This document shows positions 57,664-64,000 of a stretch of 64,000 nucleotides of DNA, in pieces. Below the pieces are notes generated by a model that saw nothing but the letters and a program-made list of their open reading frames with translations, made no database searches and was not told the origin of the DNA. A program made the translations under genes and the position numbers. The first letter of the stretch is position 1. The number at the start of each line of letters is the position of its first letter. The stretch is from Aulosira sp. ZfuVER01 (GTDB lineage: Bacteria; Cyanobacteriota; Cyanobacteriia; Cyanobacteriales; Nostocaceae), in contig JAVRCV020000008.1 in assembly GCA_034530615.2 (NCBI GenBank), positions 128,001 through 192,000 of the forward strand, read 5' to 3'.

Positions 57664-60600
57664 TTAATTATGAGATGCGACTGCGCCATCTGCGGAAATA
57701 ATGATGTCTTGTAATGTTCTTAGTAACTCTTGTTCGTTATAAGGTTTAGAGAAATAGGCACGTGCGCCCAATTGAATTGCCAGTTGACGATGTTTATCAC
57801 TACTGCGAGAGGTTAACATCGCAATGGGAATATTTTTCATCTCATCACTGGATTTGATCCGACCTAAAAAGCCATAACCATCAAGACGAGGCATTTCGAT
57901 ATCGCAGATTACAGCCTGAACTTGGAGTCCACTCTGAAGCTTTTCTAAAGCATCTTGACCATCTTTTGCTTGTTCGACTTGATACCCTCCTTTTTCGAGA
58001 GTTAAGGCTAAAAAGCGTCGCACATTAATCGAGTCATCGACGATCAAAATAGTGCTTTTCTTGGTGGAAGCAGGCACTAGTTGTTTGTCATCCTGGGGAA
58101 AAAGGAATGCTGTTGTTAATCGAGCTGATGGTAATTGATTGTTTCTCGAAGTCCGCTGATTACTAGCAATTCCATATAGTAATTCATTGGTATTTACGAG
58201 TGCGACTACCCGACCATCACCGAGAATAGTACAGTTACCAAAGCCTTGTGGTAGAGAGATATTGCCTTCTACTTGTCGAATAGCAACTTCTTGCTCGCCC
58301 CAACAACGGTCTATTTGTATAGCTACTGATTGATTACTGCTTTTCACTATTAATACACTGCTGGCATTAATAGCTGGAGGGGTTTCCAACTCTGGGCTAT
58401 CGTAGCGAGGGCCATTAAACTCTAAATAGCTACTGAGGCGAATTAACGGTAGCATTGTTCCTTGCCAATTGATAAATTCGCTACCTGCGATCGCAAAAAC
58501 CTGTTCGTTTTGCAGTAAAAATATCTCGGAAACGACATCTGTAGGAAATGCCAATAGCATCCTGCTACTTTCCACTAACAACACTCGTGCTACTGAAAGT
58601 GTAAATGGTACTGCTAGGGTAAAGGTAGTTCCAACTCCTAGCTCAGTATCAACTTTAATATCGCCCCGTACTTGTTTGAGGTTGTTGCGTACTACATCCA
58701 TGCCAACACCGCGGCCAGATAGGGCTGTCACTTGGTCGGAGGTGGTAAACCCTGGTTCAAAAATTAGTGATAATAGTTCTTCATCACTAGCACTATTTAA
58801 CAAGGAAGCATCTAACCCCATCGCTAGTGCCCGAGCGCGAATTTTCTCTAAAGAAATACCCCGACCATCGTCACGGATAGTAATGATTGTGCGATCGCGG
58901 CGGTGAGTGGCTTTAATTTCAATCAAGCCTTGTTCTGGTTTACTCAAGTTGCTGCGAGTAGCTGGATCTTCAATACCATGATCGAAGGCATTCCTTAACA
59001 GGTGCATTAAAGGCTCATTCAAAGCCTCCAAAATGCCACGTTCAATCAAGGTGTTACCACCTTCAATTTTTAACTGCACATTTTTGCCATACTCAACATT
59101 TAAATCGCGTAAGGCTCGCGGAAAACGCTCAACTAAATCTGATAGGGGGCGCATCCTGACCTGTGTCAGCTTAGTCTGCAACTGTTTTGATGTTTTATTC
59201 AGCTTGCGAGCTATATGATCTGTATCATCAACGCTGAGTTGCACATCAGTTGTGACTTCTTGTACTTGCACAATGGTTTCCATAACTTCCTGCGACAGCA
59301 GGTTTAATTCGTTATAGCGATCCATTTCTAAGACATCAAAGTTAGTGCTGATGTCTTGCGGATGAGGTCGATCGTCTGGAAATGACAGCACACCAGATGA
59401 ACCTACAGATGAAGTAGAAATTTTATCGTAGGCTGCCCGTAGTTCTTGATTTTCGCGATCGAGACTTTGGACGCGCTGGCTGAGATTACGGACAAGTTTG
59501 CGTAATCTTTCGAGTTGTAAGTTCAGCCCATTTCGCTGAATAATCAGTTCTCCAAATAAATCATTGATTTGCTCAAGTTGCTTACTGGGAACTCGGACTG
59601 TATTTTCATGAATCTCACGGTCTTTGCCATTAGCACCATTAGCAATTGGCTCGGCTTTGCGTTCGATGAGTTTGTAATCTGTTGCAGGAATTTCGCGAGC
59701 AGTTACTATCCTGGGATTGAGGAAATTGACTGGCTCGGCAATATTATCCGCAAACTCTACATCTAAAGTTTCAAAACGGGCGGGAACGATCGCATCTTCT
59801 TCGCTCCAAGTTTCCTCAGTTGCTTCTGATGCCAAGAAATCGGTGGCGAGAAGTTCTGGTGCATCTGTGGCGAAAAACTCTGCGTTTCCCGCAGGGGTTG
59901 CTGTTCGCAGAGTGTCTCCCGCTGCTTGTTTGGGCAAGAGATTGGCTAGCTCGTCTAATTTTAGCTCTGTAGGTAGACTATCTAGTTGATGTGTCAGAAC
60001 TAAAGCTTGCGATCGCCGCCATGCTTGCAACGCTAACTGGGCAATTTCTGCAATTTGGTTGGAGTTAGCAGTTTCTAAGTGATGTGTGATTGACTCGCAA
60101 AGCTGGGTAAAAGCTGTCAATTGCAGCATTTCCCCTAAACCGCCCAACTCAGCCGCCATGATTGTCACTTCTTCCTGCAAACAAGGCTGTGTTGGATCTG
60201 CTAATACAGATTCTAGGCGCTGCAAACACCCTTCCACTTCTGTTTCAAACAGCAAAGGAATGATGTCTTGCCCTTCTTCTGGTGAAAGCATGGTTGTAGC
60301 GTCTTCCGGAACCGGGTCGCCCAAACGCTCGTGCAGCTCGTCAAAAACTGGGTAACAAAAGGTTTGTAACCACTGCTCTTCGATCGCATTTCCTTCTGAG
60401 AGCAATTCGACTATTTGACGCAACCAGTCAACACCAGATAACAGTAAACTTTGTAACTGTGTGTCAATTTCTAAAGAATTTTTCCGAGTTTTTAAGACTT
60501 TAAAAGAATCTTCTAAACGGTGTGCTAAATCGCTGAGGGTGCGAAATCCCATCATTCCCGCACCACCTTTGATGGAATGAGCTGCTCGTAGTGCCCCGTT

Positions 60601-60726
60601 GATTTTATCTGAGTCGATGCGATTACTGGTATCGATTTCTAGCAGTACCCCTTCTAGGGTATTGAGATAATCAGTGGCTTCTTCCAGAAACTGCATCTGG
60701 ATTTCCAGTTCTTTGTCCTGTGACAT
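57664..60726 (-). CDS. CheA-like hybrid kinase (Hpt-dimer-HATPase-CheW-REC; PixL/PilL type)
   Basis: RAAHSIKG, HLLRNAFDHG, SGRGVGMDVV and C-terminal REC ICDIEMP. Confidence 0.93.
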   Translation of the reverse strand: MSQDKELEIQMQFLEEATDYLNTLEGVLLEIDTSNRIDSDKINGALRAAHSIKGGAGMMGFRTLSDLAHRLEDSFKVLKTRKNSLEIDTQLQSLLLSGVDWLRQIVELLSEGNAIEEQWLQTFCYPVFDELHERLGDPVPEDATTMLSPEEGQDIIPLLFETEVEGCLQRLESVLADPTQPCLQEEVTIMAAELGGLGEMLQLTAFTQLCESITHHLETANSNQIAEIAQLALQAWRRSQALVLTHQLDSLPTELKLDELANLLPKQAAGDTLRTATPAGNAEFFATDAPELLATDFLASEATEETWSEEDAIVPARFETLDVEFADNIAEPVNFLNPRIVTAREIPATDYKLIERKAEPIANGANGKDREIHENTVRVPSKQLEQINDLFGELIIQRNGLNLQLERLRKLVRNLSQRVQSLDRENQELRAAYDKISTSSVGSSGVLSFPDDRPHPQDISTNFDVLEMDRYNELNLLSQEVMETIVQVQEVTTDVQLSVDDTDHIARKLNKTSKQLQTKLTQVRMRPLSDLVERFPRALRDLNVEYGKNVQLKIEGGNTLIERGILEALNEPLMHLLRNAFDHGIEDPATRSNLSKPEQGLIEIKATHRRDRTIITIRDDGRGISLEKIRARALAMGLDASLLNSASDEELLSLIFEPGFTTSDQVTALSGRGVGMDVVRNNLKQVRGDIKVDTELGVGTTFTLAVPFTLSVARVLLVESSRMLLAFPTDVVSEIFLLQNEQVFAIAGSEFINWQGTMLPLIRLSSYLEFNGPRYDSPELETPPAINASSVLIVKSSNQSVAIQIDRCWGEQEVAIRQVEGNISLPQGFGNCTILGDGRVVALVNTNELLYGIASNQRTSRNNQLPSARLTTAFLFPQDDKQLVPASTKKSTILIVDDSINVRRFLALTLEKGGYQVEQAKDGQDALEKLQSGLQVQAVICDIEMPRLDGYGFLGRIKSSDEMKNIPIAMLTSRSSDKHRQLAIQLGARAYFSKPYNEQELLRTLQDIIISADGAVASHN

Positions 60727-60810
60727 GGCTTTGGTTGGTTGTTAAGCGAATGCGCGTCTAATAGAGAATTTGGTTATCAGTTGTCTTTGTAATCAGCAAT
60801 GACAATAGAA

Positions 60811-63639
60811 CTAACTAACCTTAAATGTACCGACAGTCTCCTGCAACTCTTGGGAAATCTCCACCGTTTGTTGTAAAGATTCAGAAACTTGGCGAGAAGA
60901 ATCGCTAGTACGCTGTGAAACAGCCACAATTGCTTTCATCAAATTACTGACATTTTGGGAAGTTTCGACTTGCGATGCAGTCGCCAGAGAAATCGATTGT
61001 ACTAGTTCGTCAATTTGACGCGACACATCCAAAATCTGATTCAGACTCTGTTTAGCATCTTCGACAATGCGGGTGCCTTCGACTACTTGGGTGGTTCCTA
61101 CCTCCATCGCCTGCACAACTTCGCTGGTTTCCCGTTGGATGTTTTCAACAATTTGTTCAATTTCTTGGGTTGCAGCTGCACTTCTCACAGCTAATTCGCC
61201 CACCTCTTCAGCAACTACCGCGAAACCTTGACCTTCTTCACCTGCACGTGCAGCTTCAATACCAGCATTGATGGCTAGCAAATTAGTTTGGACAGCGATT
61301 TGGTTAATCAACGACACCACACGGGAAATTTGTTGCGAAGATTCGCCTAAACGCTTGACTTTCTTGGCAGTTTCACCAACAGTTTCTCGTAAAGAAAGAA
61401 TGTTTTGTACTGTCAAATCCATTGCTTGTCCACTTTTAGTTGCAGTGTGGGCAGCATTGTTGGCAATTACCGCAGCTTGTTGGGCGTTTTCGGCTACAGC
61501 TTGGATGGAATGAGTCATTTGGTCAACAGCATCCAAAGTACGATTGATTTCGGCGGCTTGGGTGAGCGCTTCTTCGGCTAGCTGGCGGATAGCTGCTTCG
61601 TTAGAACCAATAGCAGTATTTACTTGGGTAGCAGCTGTTTTAACTTGAGTGACAATATCTCGGAGGCTTTCCACAATCGAGTTAAAAAAGTCAGCGACAG
61701 TACCAATTTCTCCAGCTGTCACGTCAGCACGCACTGTTAAATCTCCGCTGGCTGCACCTTCTACATTACTCAACAATTCTAAAAGTTGGGTTTGCAGGGC
61801 TTCTTTTTGTTGTCTTTCTTCTTGCGTATCTTGTTGAGCAGCAGATTTGGCTTTTTCTAGTTCTTCTAGAAGCTTTGCTTGCTCTAGAGCATAACTGACT
61901 TGAATTGCGATCTTTGTAAATAAATCAATTTCTGACTGTTGCCAAATTCGGGGGCTTTCGCAATGATGCGCAATCAACAAACCGATAAGTTGTCCTTGTG
62001 TGGTAATCGGTGCGATCAAATTTGCTTTGACTGCAAACTGCTCCAACATATTAATGTAACAAGTTGCATTGGAGAGATTTGGCTCTTGATAAATGTTGGC
62101 GATCGCTCGAACTCGTCCTTGTTGATAATGTTCTACATAGCATTCGCCAAAACAGGGGTCGTCAATTCGCACGCCAATCATTTTCGGCCAATCTTCACTC
62201 ACAGATTCAGCAACAACTACGCCATCCCAGTTTTCGGGATTTAGCTGATAAATGATTACCCGGTCTGTTTTCAATGCTTGGCGAATTTCGTTAACTGCTG
62301 TTGTGTAAATATCTTCAGTTATGAGATTTTTCCGAATTTGCAGAGTGATATCTGCAATAACTTTGACTCTTTCTGCTTCTCGCTCTTGCTCTCGCAGTAA
62401 TAGCTGCAATTGCTCTGCCATTCGGTTAATATTTACACTCAAGATTCCTAATTCGTCTGCTCTTTGTACCTCTAGACGAGTATTGAGTTGACCGTCACCA
62501 AGTTTACTTACTGCTTCTGTAGCAATCAAAATTGGTTTTGTGGCTCGTTTAGCTAACCAAGCGGCGATCGCGGCTACGATGAATGCGGTTAATGCGGTAC
62601 CAATTGCGATCGTCCAAAATAATTGTCTTTGGGGCGCAAATGTAATTTCTGTATCAGTCGCAATGATGGCATCCCATTTCAAATCTGGTAAACCTTCAAT
62701 TTTGCGAGAAGGTACATAGCTCACAAGTTGCTGTGTTTTATCGAGTTTGTTAACTGTAATGAAACTATTGACCTTATTTTGCTCTTGGAGTTTACTTAAA
62801 CCCGGAAAATCTGCTTTAGCCTCTCTACCCTCTTGATTATTTTGTGTAGCTAGAAAGATTTTTCCTGATTTATCTAGTAAATTGTATTCATGCCCTTTCC
62901 CTGCATAGTTTTTGATATTCTCTTCTAGAGATTTTACGGGCATTCGCGTTCTCACCACGGCAATAGTTTGGCCTGTGACTTCGTCTTTAACAGGTGCAGC
63001 TATATGAATACTAACCAGTCCAGTAGTTTTTGATTTTTCTGGCTGACTAATAATGGGAGAATCCTGTTTAAGCGCGTCTTGAAAATACTGTCGATCCTTA
63101 TGGTTTTCTAGAGTCTCGCCTGTAGACTGGACAATGACGTTCCCTTCCAGATCGAATACAGCAATACTTTCATAAACTTTATAAGCCTTAACAATGCGAT
63201 CCAAAACTGCTTGCTTTTCTTGGGTACTGGTGATTTGTCTAACTTGGGGATTTGTCAAAAATGGCAGATTCGAGAGGACTTGAATATCTCCGTACCGTCC
63301 CAAGATGAAACGATTAACTTTGTCTAGCAATCCAATAGCTTCTGCTTGTTGCGCTTGGGTAATTTGCTGATTAATCGAGTTATTGGCAAAGCTATAAGCG
63401 ATCGCGCCAATTACCAAGGTCGGTAGAGTCCCGATGGCGATCGCTAATACTGTAGCTTTTGTGCCCAGACTGAGTCTATTAAAATAACTAGCTGCTTTCT
63501 TTACGAAAGAATTATTCGTAGTTTCATTAGTAAGTTTATGCGATTGTTTAACTGTAGTATTGGGAACTTTTTGAGATGAAATTAATGATGAGCGATTTTG
63601 TGTGTCACTACTCTTAGCCGTGTCAGTCTTATTAAACAT
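60811..63639 (-). CDS. Methyl-accepting taxis protein with Cache, HAMP and a cyanobacteriochrome-type GAF domain (PixJ-like)
   Basis: Two TMs around a Cache domain, HAMP (DELG), GAF with DDPCF and CY, signalling hairpin [20 protein letters not shown]. Confidence 0.92.
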   Translation of the reverse strand: MFNKTDTAKSSDTQNRSSLISSQKVPNTTVKQSHKLTNETTNNSFVKKAASYFNRLSLGTKATVLAIAIGTLPTLVIGAIAYSFANNSINQQITQAQQAEAIGLLDKVNRFILGRYGDIQVLSNLPFLTNPQVRQITSTQEKQAVLDRIVKAYKVYESIAVFDLEGNVIVQSTGETLENHKDRQYFQDALKQDSPIISQPEKSKTTGLVSIHIAAPVKDEVTGQTIAVVRTRMPVKSLEENIKNYAGKGHEYNLLDKSGKIFLATQNNQEGREAKADFPGLSKLQEQNKVNSFITVNKLDKTQQLVSYVPSRKIEGLPDLKWDAIIATDTEITFAPQRQLFWTIAIGTALTAFIVAAIAAWLAKRATKPILIATEAVSKLGDGQLNTRLEVQRADELGILSVNINRMAEQLQLLLREQEREAERVKVIADITLQIRKNLITEDIYTTAVNEIRQALKTDRVIIYQLNPENWDGVVVAESVSEDWPKMIGVRIDDPCFGECYVEHYQQGRVRAIANIYQEPNLSNATCYINMLEQFAVKANLIAPITTQGQLIGLLIAHHCESPRIWQQSEIDLFTKIAIQVSYALEQAKLLEELEKAKSAAQQDTQEERQQKEALQTQLLELLSNVEGAASGDLTVRADVTAGEIGTVADFFNSIVESLRDIVTQVKTAATQVNTAIGSNEAAIRQLAEEALTQAAEINRTLDAVDQMTHSIQAVAENAQQAAVIANNAAHTATKSGQAMDLTVQNILSLRETVGETAKKVKRLGESSQQISRVVSLINQIAVQTNLLAINAGIEAARAGEEGQGFAVVAEEVGELAVRSAAATQEIEQIVENIQRETSEVVQAMEVGTTQVVEGTRIVEDAKQSLNQILDVSRQIDELVQSISLATASQVETSQNVSNLMKAIVAVSQRTSDSSRQVSESLQQTVEISQELQETVGTFKVS

Positions 63640-63697
63640 AAATTAATTTTAGATATGTGAATGAGAATCCTAAAAATCCTTTTTGTAGTAGTACACC

Positions 63698-64000
63698 CTA
63701 ATCACTGCGGAGAATAGAAGAATGGACAATAGCTTGTGCATCTAATACCAGTAATATCTCTTGTTCTTGCCCAACACATCCACATAGATACGGTACTAAA
63801 CTGGATGCTACCTGTCCTATGGGAGAACAAATTTCATCAGACAAGAACTTAGCTGTACCTTTTATCTCTTGTACAACTAAGCCTAAAAGCATTGATTCCA
63901 CCCGCACAACAATCACATTGTACTGCCGCATCCTATTGTCTAAAGATTCTAAATTGAGCATTCTTGGCAGATCTACTACCCAAATTATGCGACTGCGCCA
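63698..64000 (-). CDS. CheW-like adaptor (C-terminal part; start outside the window)
   Basis: IIWVVDL...LGLVVQEIKG...LLVLDAQAI, directly upstream of the MCP. Confidence 0.85.
   Translation of the reverse strand, partial: WRSRIIWVVDLPRMLNLESLDNRMRQYNVIVVRVESMLLGLVVQEIKGTAKFLSDEICSPIGQVASSLVPYLCGCVGQEQEILLVLDAQAIVHSSILRSD

Noticed and set aside
1..64000. Very frequent GCGATCGC octamer
   Set aside because: This is HIP1, a normal genome-wide cyanobacterial feature.
1..64000. tRNA, rRNA, transposase, integrase or prophage genes
   Set aside because: None recognised by eye; a tRNAscan/Infernal run would be needed to exclude small RNA genes.

Overview
This window is chromosomal DNA from a filamentous, probably Nostocales, cyanobacterium: HIP1 GCGATCGC sites are dense, heptamer tandem repeats and small dispersed palindromic repeats are frequent, and psbA, petC-petA and ppc are present. 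The first ~16 kb looks accessory. It holds (i) the end of a PKS/NRPS gene (KR-carrier-TE); (ii) a cluster of three proteins sharing an Arg-rich, Cys-free HMA2/CoBaHMA-like domain (stand-alone, fused to a PAP2 phosphatase, fused to a Ca2+-type P-ATPase), followed by a MetK paralogue with a rewritten methionine pocket and a DUF5132-like gene; (iii) a CHAT protease and an NB-ARC-TPR protein that share a ~77% identical 64-aa adaptor domain, an inflammasome-like pair; and (iv) a helically phased 21-bp repeat array in front of a small basic protein. The rest is mostly housekeeping: pyruvate kinase, ABC sugar-binding protein, YebC, UbiH-like hydroxylase, hybrid histidine kinase, lytic transglycosylase, tatC, csaA, petC-petA, a type I secretion pair, psbA, MBOAT + DUF1574, ppc, a CysR-like regulator and the end of a Pix/Che taxis operon. 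It also contains a nonsense-mutated Psb35-related gene, MITE-like elements and candidate sRNAs. All family calls come from motif recognition by eye; no database searches were run.
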